This document shows positions 1 through 13,704 of a DNA stretch of 64,000 bases, in pieces; position 1 is the first letter of the stretch; every line of letters starts with the position of its first letter. The stretch is from assembly GCF_009914755.1 (NCBI RefSeq), contig NC_060931.1, one strand, 5' to 3'. Source of the stretch: the human T2T-CHM13v2.0 reference genome, Homo sapiens. Both the position numbers and the translations under genes were made by a program. The notes under the pieces are model-generated. The model worked only from the letters and a program-made list of their open reading frames with translations. It made no database searches and was not told where the DNA came from.

Positions 1-79
1 GAAGTCGTGGAGAAAAACATGCTTAGTTACAGTTACCCTCGCTCAGCCTTGACTACAGCCTGACACTGCAGATTCACGG

Positions 80-838
80 TCTCAACTTTAACATATCCAA
101 AATATTCTGTTTCTCCCACCCAGTCTCACCATGGCCCAGCCTCTGCCTCCCCCAGTCTTCCCATTTCAAGACACAGCCCTCTTTGCTCAGGCTGAAAACC
201 CCTCATGACCATTCCTCGACTCCTTTCCTGTGTTCACACCCCACACACCAGCCATCCTCAAGTCCCAGCAGCACCACCTTTGAATAAACCCTGAATCTGA
301 CCACTTCTCCTCTTCTGCCCCAGCACCCGGGCCAAGCCACCACCATCTCATCCAGATAGTTGCAGAAGCTCCAGATCATTCTCTACTTCCACTTTCTTCT
401 CTGTCATCCTGACCATCTGCACAATAGCTCAAGCGACCTTTCTGAAACACACATCAGGTTGCATCACTCTTGTGTGCGGACCCCTTCCAAGGGCCACCCA
501 TAATCCTGGGGGTGAAATCCCAGCTCCATACTTGGTGTGAAGGCCCTGAGTGATGTGCCCTTTGGTCACCCCTTCCTCTCCTCATGGTCATTCCGGTGGC
601 TCTCCAAGCTCCAGCCACACTGGCCTTCCCCTCTTTCTCAAGTATGCCAGCCTTGTTCCCATCTCCAGCAATTCTCACTGGCTGTTCCCCATCTTTGGAT
701 GCTCTTCCTCCCATCTCATGATTGACTCTTTCAAAGAGGAGCTCTAGCCTCTGGTCACCCTCTCCCATTACCCTGCGTTTCTTTCCTCTGTGGTTCTTAT
801 CCCTCCTAGAATTATGATATGTAACTATTGGTGGACTT
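80..838 (+). mobile_element. L2 LINE 3' region, 5' piece (continues at 1751-1870 after the LTR)
   Basis: L2-type motifs ctcaactttaacatatccaaaa, ccaagccaccaccatctc, gacctttctgaaacacacatcag; interrupted by the LTR at 839. Confidence 0.75.
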
Positions 839-1750
839 TGTAAACCAAAAATAAAATCCTAAGCTCCCCAAATGACTGAATGGACCCCCTCAAATCTTGG
901 ACAGAGGAGTCCCAAAGAAAACCTGAAAACCTAGTTCAGGCCATGATGGGAAGGGAGGTTGGACACACCTCACACACTTCCATTTTGGAGTTTAGGTACA
1001 ACTGAACAGCATTAACAATAAAATAGAGACCATAAGACAAAAAAAGAAAAAGACTCTTTGTAGTAATAAGGTACCCAACTCCAACTTGACCCTGGTACAG
1101 TGTCACATGATACATAGCAGGCCCTGAAGGAAATCAAAGTATTTTACCCCCGAATATATTTGTCTGACATATTTTGGAATGGCCCTGCAAAGCTGTCTCT
1201 TGAGGGGGAAAATTTGCACTCTACAGAGACTCCCCTTCCCTTCCTGGGTCTATTCCTCATCCAGGAGAGATTGAACGAAGAGTCTGACACCTTTTGAGGT
1301 CTAATAAGATACAGTTACCATCAATTTTCTCTGAAGCCTGCTACTCAGAGTCTTCATCTACATAACAAGAACCTCAGCTTCCACAACTCTCCTTATCCTA
1401 GCTCAAGCGTTCTTTCTCCTGACTTCAACTCTTCAGGCAAAGCTTAACTCTTTCAACCAATTGCCAATCAGAATATCTTTGAATCCACCTATGACCTGTA
1501 AGCTTCTCCTACCCCCTTGAGATGTCCTGCCTTTCTCAGTGAACTAATGTATACCTTCCGTGCATTGATTTATGTCTTTGGCTCTAACTTCTGTCTCCCT
1601 AAAATGTATGAAACCAAGCTGTAACCCAACTACCTTGGGCACATGTTCTCAAGACCTCCTGAGGCTGTGTCATGGGCCATTTGGCTTAGAATGAAACTCT
1701 TCAGATATTTTACTGAGTTTAGATTTTTTATTTTTATTTTTTGGTCACCA
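839..1750 (+). mobile_element. ERV1 solo LTR, MER4 group
   Basis: TG...CA termini; starts tgtaaaccaaaaataaaatcctaag; 4-bp TSD actt at 835-838 and 1751-1754. Confidence 0.85.
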
Positions 1751-2479
1751 ACTTGTTTGTTGTATGTCTCTTCCAGTAAAATGTCAAGTCCAGGAGACCA
1801 CAGACCATGTCTACCCAGGGCTGTGTTGGTGGTCCCTGGCACCTCTCCTGTCTGCAGCATGCTTTGCACTGGGTGTGGATTTGGGGAGGCAAGTGGCAGG
1901 AGGACCCTGTCTCACCTAAAGCAGTCAGGGAAAGAGGCAGTATAAGAACAACAAAACAGAGAAAAAAACCAAACAAACTAACAGCTGGGATCAGAAAAGA
2001 GTGGCTGGTCTTCCTGAAGGAGATCTGCTGCCTTCTGGGGGTATCGTACTCCTAGCCTCTGCAGAAATGGGGTCCTTATCCTTTGGGACTTTTTCCTTGG
2101 GACCCTCTATGTGTGGGGGCTTCAGGGTTGGGGAGCTTCCAGGGAAATGTAGAACTGCCCCCACATGTTCTGCAGCCCCTTGCCTGTTTTCTCCCTTCCC
2201 AGAGGAGCCTTGGAACTGGACCTCGCCCAAACATAGCTGCCCCGTCAGCTTCTGTTCATCTTTTGGCAGGGGGATTATATTCACCAAGCTGAGCAACTAG
2301 CGACCTCCTTCAGCACCCACTGGGAAAGAAATCATTAATGCCAAACACAAAGAAACTCCAATTTGCAGTTCCTTTGCAGCCATTCCCAGCATTGGGATAA
2401 TGAATGTGTTTCACACACAGTTGTAGGAGGTAGGTCTTCAGGAGAGGGAAGTAAAAAAGTCCCATGTCTTTGAGCACAC

Positions 2480-2630
2480 GCAGCTCTGCCAACTTCAGGC
2501 AGTGTGACCTGTGACCTGAAGTCTTCCTTTGTGAAATCGGGGTGGTTGTACATACCTGCTTACCTGGCAAGGGTGGTGAGAATCACCAATTATGATAATG
2601 GACAGGTCACTCCTTGGTAGACAGTTTCGT
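2480..2630 (+). mobile_element. MIR fragment
   Basis: degenerate MIR core tgtgacc...cctttgtgaaatcggggtgg...ggtggtgagaatca. Confidence 0.45.
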
Positions 2631-3369
2631 TGCACTCTATCTTTGATTGCACCTCACTTGGATAATCCCCTTTGCAATGTAAGGAGCTTGGCTCCAGCTT
2701 TCCTCAAAGAGCTTGAACTTGGCTTTCCCTTAGCACTGTCATGTAGTTCATGATTGTTGTTACCACCTGGGCAATTCCAAATAACAAGAAGGCCAAGGCT
2801 CATATAAAGAACTCACTTGCCCCTTAGACTTGGAGTTAATGTTCAAGAGGAACATAGGAAGATGCTGTGGCCTTTTCAAGGGTCCCTAGAACCGTCCTCT
2901 TCCCTCCTTTTCTTGTGAATCTCCAGGCAGAGGGAGATGGTCAGGTCCTACTCTGTCCAAGTAAGTGGATGAGGCAGGGGAACCAGGGGGTCTCCACAGG
3001 GGGATGGTTAGTGGCTCAAGGACAGGTTGGGAAGGGCACAGAGACAGGCAGAAGAGGGTCTGGCACCTGTTGAGTCTAAGTGGTGGGTCTATTCCTCAGG
3101 GAGACCATGAGAGACACACAGCATTCCTGCTTTTCAAGAGGAAAATTGAGTGTGCTCTGTCCCAGAACTGTCCTGGATGAAACACCTTCTCGTCTTTGCC
3201 CTGCAGTGACTCCGGGCCTGAGAGTCCCTGGGCCCCAGCCTATTCTTGGGGGCTGGAACCCTTGTGCTGAGAATGCTGACCAGGAAGCCAAAAGTTATGA
3301 GTTTGTCATCTTGATACCCTGAAGGAGTGCGTGTGTGTGTTTGAATGAGTATCTGCCTCACGCTCATTG

Positions 3370-3370
3370 T

Positions 3371-3406
<36 letters not shown>

Positions 3407-3434
3407 CTGTCCATCCATCCATCCATCCATCCAT
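3370..3434. repeat. (TCCA)n microsatellite
   Basis: directly visible tandem array. Confidence 0.95.
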
Positions 3435-3519
3435 TAATGGATGGATCCATTAATGATCCATTCAATCATTAATCAATAAACTTATACTGGGCTCCTAACA
3501 TACATGACTTCCACACTTG

Positions 3520-3685
3520 TTATCTTCTGACCTTTTCAACCTTGTGAAGTCAGGCCTCTTATCCCATCTGACTACCAGTGCCACTGAGGCTTAATGGGGC
3601 TAAGAGCTTCCAGGGTCATACAGTGACATCATGTAGGGTTGGGATTAGAACCTAGATATTCTGCCTCAAAGTTGACTGTTCTATC
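3520..3685 (-). mobile_element. MIR
   Basis: cactgaggcttaatgggg...ggtcatacag...gggattagaacctag, the reverse MIR core. Confidence 0.6.
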
Positions 3686-3775
3686 TAGCATAATAACCGT
3701 TATCATTATGTCCTGTTTCTGCTTCATGTCAGAGCCTGAACTAGGGGTTTTATGCATATCTTATTTAATGCCCCC

Positions 3776-4538
3776 TGCTCTGGTTTGAATGTGCGTTGCC
3801 TCCAAAATTCATGTTGAAACTGAACCTCCATTGTGGTGGTATTGGGAGATGGGGCCTTTTTGGGACGTGATGAAGTCATGAGGGCTCTCACTCTCATGAG
3901 AGGATTAATGACCTTTACTTCTTTTATTCTTCTGCTCTTCTGCCATGTGAGGACTCAGCATTTGTCCTCTTTCCATCCCTTCCTCCATGTGAGGACATCT
4001 GGATGGCACCATCTATGAGCAATGGGCCTCCTCCAGACACCAAACCAACCGCTGCCTTGATCTTGGACTTCCCAGCCTCTAAAACTGTGAGAAATAATTT
4101 TTTTTTCTTTATGAATTGCCTAGTCTATGGTCTTTTGTTATATCAGTTGATATAGTTTGGATATTTGTCCCCTCCAAATCTCAGGTGAAAATGTGATACC
4201 CAATGTTGGAGGTAAGGTCTGGTGGGAGGTGTTCGGGTCATGAAGTTGGATCCCTTATGAATGCCTTGGTGCCATTTTCTCAGGAGTGAATGAGTTCTCA
4301 CTCTTAATTCCCATGATAACTGATTCTTAAAAGGACTCTGGCACTTCCCTCCTATCTCTCTTGCTCCATTTCTCATTATGTGATATGCCGGCCCCCTTCA
4401 CCTTCCACCATAAGTAGAAACTTCATGAGGTCCTCACCAGAAGCAGATGCTGGCACCATGCTTCTTGCACAGCCTGCAGAACTGTGAGCAAAATAAACCT
4501 CTTTTCTTGATAAATTACCCAGCAAATGGTCTAAGACA
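3776..4538 (+). mobile_element. MaLR LTR (MSTD/MLT1A-like) containing a nested, 3'-truncated MSTA/B LTR at 4148-4522
   Basis: tgctctggtttgaatg start, ctaagaca end, ccccc/cccac TSD; second MST start tgatatagtttggatatttg at 4148. Confidence 0.8.
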
Positions 4539-4890
4539 CCCACCTTTTGAGATGAACAGTATTCACCCAACTTTACAGCTGAGTCAATAGAGGCCAAGAA
4601 GGGTTAAATGATTTGCCCAAGGCTATTCAGTATGGAAGTCTTGGTACCCTGAGTGGGACAGACTGGACAGCTGGCAGCTGCCATGGAGCCTGCAGCCCAG
4701 GAAGAGGGAGAACTTTGCCCTGGAGAATAGAGGGTGTGGAAGCTCTCTCAGGCCTCCAGAGGTCCAGCCAGCCCTAGGCTGAAGCATTCTGCAGAAGTCT
4801 TTCATAGAGGAGGTCCTGTGAGCCCAGGGGCCCAGGGATTTGAAACTGGGATTTGAACTCTCATCCTTCTGAATTGGAGGTCATGCCTGT
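4539..4890 (-). mobile_element. MIR split by a ~185-bp non-MIR insertion
   Basis: ggttaaatgatttgcccaagg before the insertion and ctgggatttgaactc after it. Confidence 0.6.
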
Positions 4891-4929
4891 GCTACAAATC
4901 CCACCCTCCACCCCCTGCTTGCAATGCAT

Positions 4930-5400
4930 AGTTAAAAACCAGCTTTATTGAATATAATTCACATGCAATGCAATTCATTACACAACGCATTGGGTTTTAT
5001 TATATTCACAGAGTTAATTGTCACTACAATTTTGGAACATTTTCATCACTGAAAAAGGAAGCCCCACCTTTTATCTGTCATCCCCCAAACCCCATACCCC
5101 TGGGCCCTAGGCAAGCACTAAGCTACTTTCTGTCTCCATAGATTTGCTGATTCTGGACACTTCATACAAATGGAATCATATGATATATGGTCCTTTGTGA
5201 CTACCTTCTTTCACTTAACGTGATGTTTTGAGATTCATCTACATTGTAGCATGCATCAGTACTTCATTTTTTTCCCTATGGCTTAATAATATTACATGGT
5301 GTGGATAGTCCACACTCCATATTTTGCTTATCCATTCATCAGTTGATAGTCATTTGAGTTGCTTCCACTTTTGGCTATGGTGAATAATGCTCATAATGCA
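4930..5400 (-). mobile_element. L1M (L1MB-like) 3' end
   Basis: agctttattgaatataattcaca...tggaatcatatgatatatggtcctttgtg. Confidence 0.8.
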
Positions 5401-5404
5401 TATT

Positions 5405-5802
5405 TAAAATTTTGTATTTAATTTTTAAAAACTTTTTATAGATTTGAGCGTACACATGAAGTTGTGTGTTACCTGAATATATTGAATAGTGGTGAAGTCT
5501 GGGCTGTTAGTGTACCTATTACCCAACTAGTGTACATTGTACCCAATAGGTAGTATTTCATCCTTCAACTCCCTCCCACCTTCCCACATTTTGCAGTCTC
5601 TAATGTCCATAATTCTACTCTGTATGTCTGTGTGTACCTATTGTTTAACTCCCACTTGTAAGAGAGAAAATGTGGTTCTTGACTTTTTGTTTCTGAGTCA
5701 TTTTACTTAGGACAATAGTCTTCAGTTCCATCCATGCTGCTGCAAAAGATGATTTCATCCTTTTTCATGGCTGAGTAGTATTCCATGGTGTGTATATATG
5801 TG

Positions 5803-5840
<38 letters not shown>

Positions 5841-6440
5841 ATGGAATACTACTACCACAAAAATGTGAGATATATATGAGATACATGTATATATCTCACA
5901 TTTTCTTTATCCAAACATCTGCTGGTAGACACTTAGGTTGATTCCATGACTTTGCTATTGTGAATAGTGCTGTGAAAAACATATGACTACAGGTGTCTTT
6001 TTGATAAAATTTCTTTTTCTTTGGATAGCTACCCAGTAGTGAGATTATAGGACTGAAGAATATTTCTATTTTCAGTTCTTTGAGAATTTCCATACTGTTT
6101 TCCATGGAGGTTGTACTAATTTACATTCCCACCAATGATGTATATGCATTCTCTTTTCTCTGCATTTTTTCCAACATCTGTTGTTTTATGACTTTTACTA
6201 ATAGCCATTCTGACTGGTATGAGATGGTATCTCATTGTGGTTTTAATTGTATTCCTCTGATGATTAGTGATGTTGAGCATTGTTTCAAATGTTTTTTGGC
6301 TACTTGTTTGTCTTCTTTTGAAAAATGTCTGTTCACGTCCCTTGCTCACTTTTTAATGGGGTTATTTGTTTTTTCCTTGTTGAGCTGTTTATGTTCCTTA
6401 TAGATTCTGGACACTAGCGATTTGTTGGATGCATTTACAA
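5405..6440 (-). mobile_element. L1PB/L1MA 3' end with decayed ORF2 C-terminus
   Basis: L1 3'UTR; translation [15 protein letters not shown] and KDTCSHMFFTALFTIAKSWNQPKC. Confidence 0.9.
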
Positions 6441-6534
6441 TGCATTTAGAAAAGAGAAGATAGAGAAAAAAACACACAGAAGATAAAAGAGACCCAAGGC
6501 CTGGGCAGTTCACGTTGCCTACTTGCCCATCTCA

Positions 6535-6885
<351 letters not shown>

Positions 6886-8859
6886 CTAGTTGCCATCCAC
6901 CCTGAGGCCACGCCCCTAGGCTTAAATAACCAATTCTATGACGGACTTCTTCAAAATGCTACAACTTAGGGCAGACTGGACCTCTGGAGGCCTAAGAGAG
7001 CTGCCACACCCTCTCTTCTCCAAGGGAAGGTTCTCCCTCTCCCCAGGCTGTAAGCGCCATAGCAGCTGCCAGCTCCCTGGTCTGTTCCACCTAGGACAGG
7101 GATCAGGGAGAGACAGGGTGCTGGCATTTTCTCTGCACACTTCTATAGCCAGACAGCCCCAGGCCCCACCCCTCCTGACATAGTCACATACCTCAGCCTT
7201 TCAATCAATTTAACACCAGCCAGGGCACCACTTAGCAGGTTCGTTAGGTCTCCGTTGCTCTGCTGGAGAGGAAACTCATTTGCAGGGTAATTTAAAAAGG
7301 CTGTTACATGCATCTGATTTCAGAAATGAACCTTTTGATTCCTCAAAGAAGAAAAGGTAAAAAACTTGAAAGGCGTTTATTACTTTTTTAATGAAATGGG
7401 CAAGATGTGAATTCTACTTCAGGAGAAAAAGAGCAGGACAGATTGTTGGCTCAGCGGGGACCCCTACCTTCAGCCCTTGCCCTTCCAGTGGCCGAGAGAG
7501 ATCAAGTGTTGGTTATCTCCTTAGAAAGGTGTCCTGCAGTCTTGGTGGCAGCCACTGTGAGTGAGCCTTGGAGATACAGAGGTAGGATAGGTTTTGGTGG
7601 GAGCTGGGCCAGTGAATGTCGGTGGGGAAAAGTACCAGGAGCTAAATGTGGGAGCTACAACAGAAGAGCGTGTTCTGGACAGCATCATGGTTCTCATAGT
7701 TGCAGAATCATTTAGAAGAATGAAGACAGAAGGACAGGAGACTCCTAAGTAGATAGCATCAACGTTGACCCGCTCAAAGTGGAAAGTGGGCTCAAAGTCA
7801 GGAACAGAGATTTTCTGGGCCAGCAGATTACAGAATCTGAAGATTTCTTGGAACAAGAAGATTTCTTAGAACTGTGGCCACCAAATGAACCACGGTTATG
7901 GAGGCCTGGGGCAGGCAGGACAGGGAAAGCAGAAGCCCTCTTGGTGCCACCGTTAGGAGGACAGAGATGACTCAGTGGTTTAGGGGAGACATATCAGTAA
8001 TAGGATATGTGCTGTTACTCACAGTTCTGCATTACTGAGGATACATCTGCAGAGCAGTCCTGGGTTAGCAAAGGGACCAGACATCCTTAGGGTTTCTACT
8101 CCACACCTTTCTCCTTACACAGGTGTCCCCGTGTGACAACAAGCTGGCGATACTCGATGTACTCCTGCATCTGGGGTGGTTTGCTGTGCACTACCCAACG
8201 ATGTGGACTTGGGACCATGGGAGAGGGTGCTTCCTCATTCCAGGGATTCCTGGGCCCCTCTGCTGGCCTCAGGCAGGAAAGGGCTGGGGAGTTGTGATGG
8301 GGTACATGAATGATGGGTTCGGAGATCCAAACTTGGGGAAACCATGAATCTCGGAGACTGAAGAAAGAACCTCAAGTCGTGGGGAGCTGCAGAGTTTACG
8401 AGTCTTTGGGGCTCCTCGTTGAGGCAGAGCTAGTCTGCATCTCAGGGACTCCCTTTGCCCCTGGGTCACAACCTAAATAGTTGGAAAGCTGTTTGTTCTC
8501 TGGGTGCCCTGGGACCCATTTAGATGCAGTATCAGAGCATGGCATAGCACAGCTGGAAACTGTCTTAACAGTGGGGTCCTGGGGTTTTAAACAGATCCAA
8601 AAGCCCTAAGGGGTTGCTTAAAAGGAGTCTCTGGGAAACTAGAGGCAAAGAGGGCATGACAGAATTGGCCACCAGCTGGCCTACATAGAGTCTTTGTGCA
8701 AATTAGAAAAAGCAGCCCTGTTGGGCAGGTGCATCCCTTTGGGTACATGCCTGGTACCAGCCAGAATATTTTTGCAAAGAAAAAGACATATGATTTGGCA
8801 AATGAACTGCAGGCTGGATTTGTGGTGCCTTTATGCAGTGTGCAACCTACTCAACCATA

Positions 8860-9665
8860 TGTAGGCTGCATCATGACCCTTTGAAAAATCTCCACGTCTT
8901 CATACCCAGAACTTGTAAATGTTATCCCTCATGGCAAAGGAGACTTGCAGATGTGATTAAGTTAATGATTTTGAAAGGGGAGATTAGCCTGGATTATTGA
9001 GTGGATGCAATGTAATCGCAAGTGTTCTTATAAGAGGGAGGAAAGAAGGTCAAAGGAGGAGGTAGGATTCCTGTGATTCCAGGAATGGGTCATGCGCCAA
9101 GAAGTGCAGGTGGGACGCTTCTAGAAACTGGAAATGGCAAGAAAACAGATTCTCCCCAAGAGCTTCCAGAAGGAATGAGTCCTGCCAATTCCTTGACTTC
9201 AGCTCTGTGAGATCTGGACTTTTGACCTCCAGAACAGTAAGATAATAAATTTGTGTTGTTTTAAGCCACCAAGTCAGTGGTAATTTGATACAGAAGTAGT
9301 AGTGTATTAGTTCGTTTTCATGCTGCTATAAAGAACTGCCTGAAACTGGGTAATTCGTAAAAGAAAGAGATATAATTGACTCACAGTTCCGCATTGCTGG
9401 AGAGGCCCCAGGAAAGTTACAACCATGGCGGAAGGCAAAGGAGAAGCAGGATAGAATGAGTGCAAGCAGGGGAAATGCCAGATGTTTATAAAACCATCAG
9501 ATCTCGTGAAACTCTCTCATTATCAATGAGAACAGCATGGGGGAAATTGCACCCAGGATCCAATTACTGGTCCTGCCCTTGACACGTGGGGATTATGGGA
9601 ACTACAATTCAAGGTGAGATTTGGATGCGGACACAGAGCCAAACCATATCAAGTAGGAAATAGCT
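8860..9665 (+). mobile_element. MLT1 (C/D-like) LTR interrupted near its 3' end by THE1
   Basis: gcagatgtgattaagtt, gacctccagaac, ataaatttgtgttgttttaagccac. Confidence 0.8.
9303..9651 (-). mobile_element. THE1 (D-like) LTR
   Basis: tgtattag...aaaccatatca; 5-bp TSD agtag. Confidence 0.9.
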
Positions 9666-9789
9666 CTTCCGTTGCCTCCTTCCTCAAGCAAGCCTTCTAT
9701 TTTCATCTGTGACGTATGTTGGAATTCCAAGTAAGATTTCAACTGAAGAAGCAGGACTGCTGCTGAAAGCATTTGAAAAATGCATTGCT

Positions 9790-10110
9790 AGATGGCAAAG
9801 TATTGTTTCAATGTTAAATTTACTGAAGTTGATAACTGCACTGGAGTTCCAGGAGAATCTCCTTATTCTTAGGAAATACACACAGAAACATTTAGTGTAG
9901 TGCATGGAACTTATTCTCAAATGGTTCAGAAAAATGTGTGTGTGTAACATGCACATACACACACATATGAAGAGACAGAGTGATAACATAAAACAGGTGG
10001 AAACATCTTCACAATAGGTAAATCTCAGTGCAGGCACATATATGCATGTTCTTCATGTTCTTACAACTTTTCTATAAATTTGAAGTTATTTCCAAATATT
10101 AAAGTGAAGA
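9790..10110 (+). mobile_element. L1ME 3' end
   Basis: ccttattcttaggaaatacaca...caacttttctataaatttgaagttatttcc. Confidence 0.65.
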
Positions 10111-10133
10111 AGAAAACCTGCTGTGATCCAATT

Positions 10134-10497
10134 TGATATGATTTGGTTGTGTCCTCACCCAAATTTCATCTTGAATTGTAGCTCCCATAATTTCCACGTG
10201 TCATGGGAGTGACACCGTGGGAGGTAATTGAATCATGGGGGAGGTTCTTTCCCGTGCTTTTTCTCATGATAGTGAAAAGTCTCACGAGATCTGATGGTTT
10301 ATAAAGGGGAGTTCCCCTACACATGCTCTCTCTTGCCTGCCGCTACGTAAGACGTGACTTTGCTCCTCTTGCTTTCTGCTATGACTGTGAGGCCTCTCCA
10401 GCCATGTGGAACTGTGAGTCCATTAAACCTCCTTTTCTTTATAAATTACCCAGTCTTGGGTATGTCCTTATTAGCAATGTGGGAACAGACTAATACA
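10134..10497 (+). mobile_element. THE1 LTR
   Basis: tgatatgatttgg...gactaataca; TSD caatt/caact. Confidence 0.9.
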
Positions 10498-10902
10498 CAA
10501 CTTCTCTCAGGTTAGCGTTGAGAACTTGGAGGAAGTCATAGGACCTCAGAAATAGTTTGTAGCTAAGCTGAGACCCCTGGCCCCTGATCTTAATGGTGTT
10601 TTTTGAGGCAAACACTCCTGGGAGTTGTAGTATATTAAACCAGTTTATTCTAAGTGTTGATGACTTCCCAGGGGCTATTCTTCTGACTATGGGATGTTGG
10701 TTGCCCAATGGCTTTCTGACTGTAGGTGGAGCAGGGAAATGATCTCAAAGGGTGACAAAAAGCCTAGAAACTTTCCAGTTTTCTCTATGAGTGATCTTGT
10801 CCTAGAGACATCCCATCATGTCATTATTTGCCACTATCCTGAGCATGTAAAGGTGTTGGGATTCACGAACTGTCCTTCCACTAGGTCCCAGGGAAGACTC
10901 TG

Positions 10903-11070
10903 ATCATTCATTCATTTATTTATTTAATATATCAATAAACATTTATTGAACAGATGCTATGTGCTCAGTTTATTATAAATGCTAGTCACACAATAACAAA
11001 TAACATTGCATGAATAAGTGACATAGGTTTGCATGGAGCTTACATTCTAGGGGAGAGAAAGGATTAAGAA
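10903..11070 (-). mobile_element. L2 3' terminus
   Basis: tcattcattc...aaacatttattgaacagatgctatgtgc...catggagcttacattctag. Confidence 0.75.
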
Positions 11071-11188
11071 GTAAAACAAAAGAAAAATTTTGTTTAGTGG
11101 TAAAGAAGATAATAAAAAAGTTCTTATCATAAGGCAGCAGTTCCCAACTTTTTTGATTGCATGCCTCTTTATCAGAGCATTTTGAGCA

Positions 11189-11318
11189 GGCTGGGCACAG
11201 TGGCTCATGCCTGTAACTCCAGCGCTTTGGGGAGGCCAAGGTAGGAGGATCGCTTGAAGCTAGGAGTTTGAGACCAGCCTGGGCGACATAGTGAGACCCC
11301 ATCTTTACTCCCCAAAAT
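11189..11318 (+). mobile_element. FLAM (Alu left monomer)
   Basis: monomer only; TSD ttttgagca at 11180 and 11319; sits in a probable hAT-Charlie fragment. Confidence 0.85.
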
Positions 11319-11591
11319 TTTTGAGCACTTGCCATAATACATGCACACATTTAGACATATGCATAAATAATTGTTTATACCTAATATGATGTACCATTGT
11401 ACTAAGGCATTATAAAACACACAAAATAGAGATGTTATAAAAGTGGGGTGAAACATAACAGATGAAAATTCTCTCACTTTCTTCTTGTTCCTCATTATGT
11501 CATCTTTGGCACCCCAGGGGGGTGTGCGGTGCTCTGGGGTCCCCTGAGGGAGAGGAAAAGGGTCAGAATGTCCAAGGAAGGTCTCTCTGGG

Positions 11592-11682
11592 GAGTAAAAG
11601 GAAAATAAAATCTTGCAACCCCAAGCTCACTGTGCTAAAGAGAAAGTTAAGCTTGGAAAACTGATTCAGTAAAACTACCTTC
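11592..11682 (+). mobile_element. ERV1 LTR 5' fragment (MER4 group)
   Basis: gtaaaaggaaaataaaatctt...aagttaagcttgg. Confidence 0.6.
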
Positions 11683-12230
<548 letters not shown>

Positions 12231-12525
12231 CAAGCAGTGACATTGAGCCCCATGTAGCAGTTGCGTGGCTTCTCTTGACCCTCCCAGAACCAGCCTGACA
12301 TGTGGCTTCTGAGACACAGGCACCAGCTGGGCAGCAACCCCTCTTCAGAGGTTCGAGCAGTCACTCTGTATGCCCCTCCTCTGAGCCTCTAGGTCCTCAT
12401 GAAACCTCTTCCTTTTGTTCCCCAAGCCCTGCAGCTGGTAGCCATGTTCTGCAGTTTTTATCTTGGAGTTTCCACCATTCCTTTCTACTCTTCTAGCCCC
12501 TCCAGCAAATGGGCAACTAATTCAA

Positions 12526-12836
12526 TAGATGATTGATTGATTGGTTGATTGATTGATTGATGAAAGAGATAGATGATAGATATGATAGATAGATGATAGA
12601 TACATACACACATGCATACATATATACATAGATGATAGACATGATAGGATAATAGATGGATGATAGATATGATAGATAGATGATAGATATGATAGAGATA
12701 GATGATAGATTAGATAAATAGATGATAGGATAGATAGATATGGTAGATAAATAGATGTGATAGATGGATATGATAGATTACATAGATAGATATGATAGAT
12801 AGATTATAGAATAGGTTGATAGATATGATAGATTAA

Positions 12837-12881
<45 letters not shown>

Positions 12882-12900
12882 ATTGATGTATGAGAGAGAG
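12526..12900. repeat. compound (GATT)n/(GATA)n microsatellite
   Basis: directly visible; pure GATA run at about 12837-12880. Confidence 0.95.
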
Positions 12901-13620
12901 ATTTTTTTAAATTTTAGAGACTGGGTAATAAGACTTAGATGTTGTCCCCTTTAAGTCCCATGTTGAATTGTAATCCTCAGTGTCAAAGGTGGGGCCTGGT
13001 GGGAGGTGTTTGGGTCATGAGCTTGGATCCTTCATGGCTTGGTGCTTTCCTCAAGATAGTGAGTGAGTTCTCACGAGATCTGATTGTTTGAAAGTGTGTG
13101 GTATCTCTCCCCTCCCTTCCTTCTGTTCTGGCCATGTGACATCCCATCTCCTTTTTTATGCCAGCCTGCCACACTGCATAAAATCTCCCTGAGGCCTCCC
13201 CAGAAGCCAAGCAGATGCCGTCGTCATCCTTCCCGTACAACTTGCAGAACCATGAGCCAATTAAACATTTTTCCTTTACAAATTACTCAGTTTCAGGTAT
13301 TCATTTATAGCAATGCAAGAATGGCCTTGCACACAGCGTCTCACTCTGTTGCCCAGGCTGGAGAGCAGTGGTGCAATCATGGCTCACTCACTACAGCCTT
13401 GAACACCTGGACTCAGGGAAGCCACCAACCTCAGCCTCCCTAGCAGCTGGGACTACAGGCTTATGTCACTGCATCCAGCTTTGTTATTATTATTATTATT
13501 TTTTGCAAAGACAGAGTCTCACTAGTTTGCCCAAGCTGGTCTCAAACTCCTAGTCTCAAGCAATCTTCTCTTCTCAGCCTCTGAAAGCACTAAGATTACA
13601 GGCATGAGCCACCATACCAA
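12901..13620 (-). mobile_element. AluJ split by an MST insertion
   Basis: tail plus gagac at 12901-12925, body resumes at 13334. Confidence 0.8.
12926..13333 (+). mobile_element. MSTA/B LTR
   Basis: MST body; degenerate TSD ctggg/cagcg derived from Alu caggg. Confidence 0.85.
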
Positions 13621-13704
13621 ACCCAATTCCCTGTATTAAATACCCTCGTTTGAAATACCTAGTGGGAGTCTGTAGTCTTCCCAACTGGACCTAGACTGAT
13701 ACAG

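Larger units (their letters stand above)
12290..13702 (+). mobile_element. old ERVL LTR (LTR33-like), host of the GATA/AluJ/MST stack
   Basis: 3' end aattccctgtattaaatacc...gactgataca resumes after the Alu. Confidence 0.5.

Noticed and set aside
8670-8870. Possible hAT-type MITE
   Set aside because: Too degenerate to define termini or family by eye.
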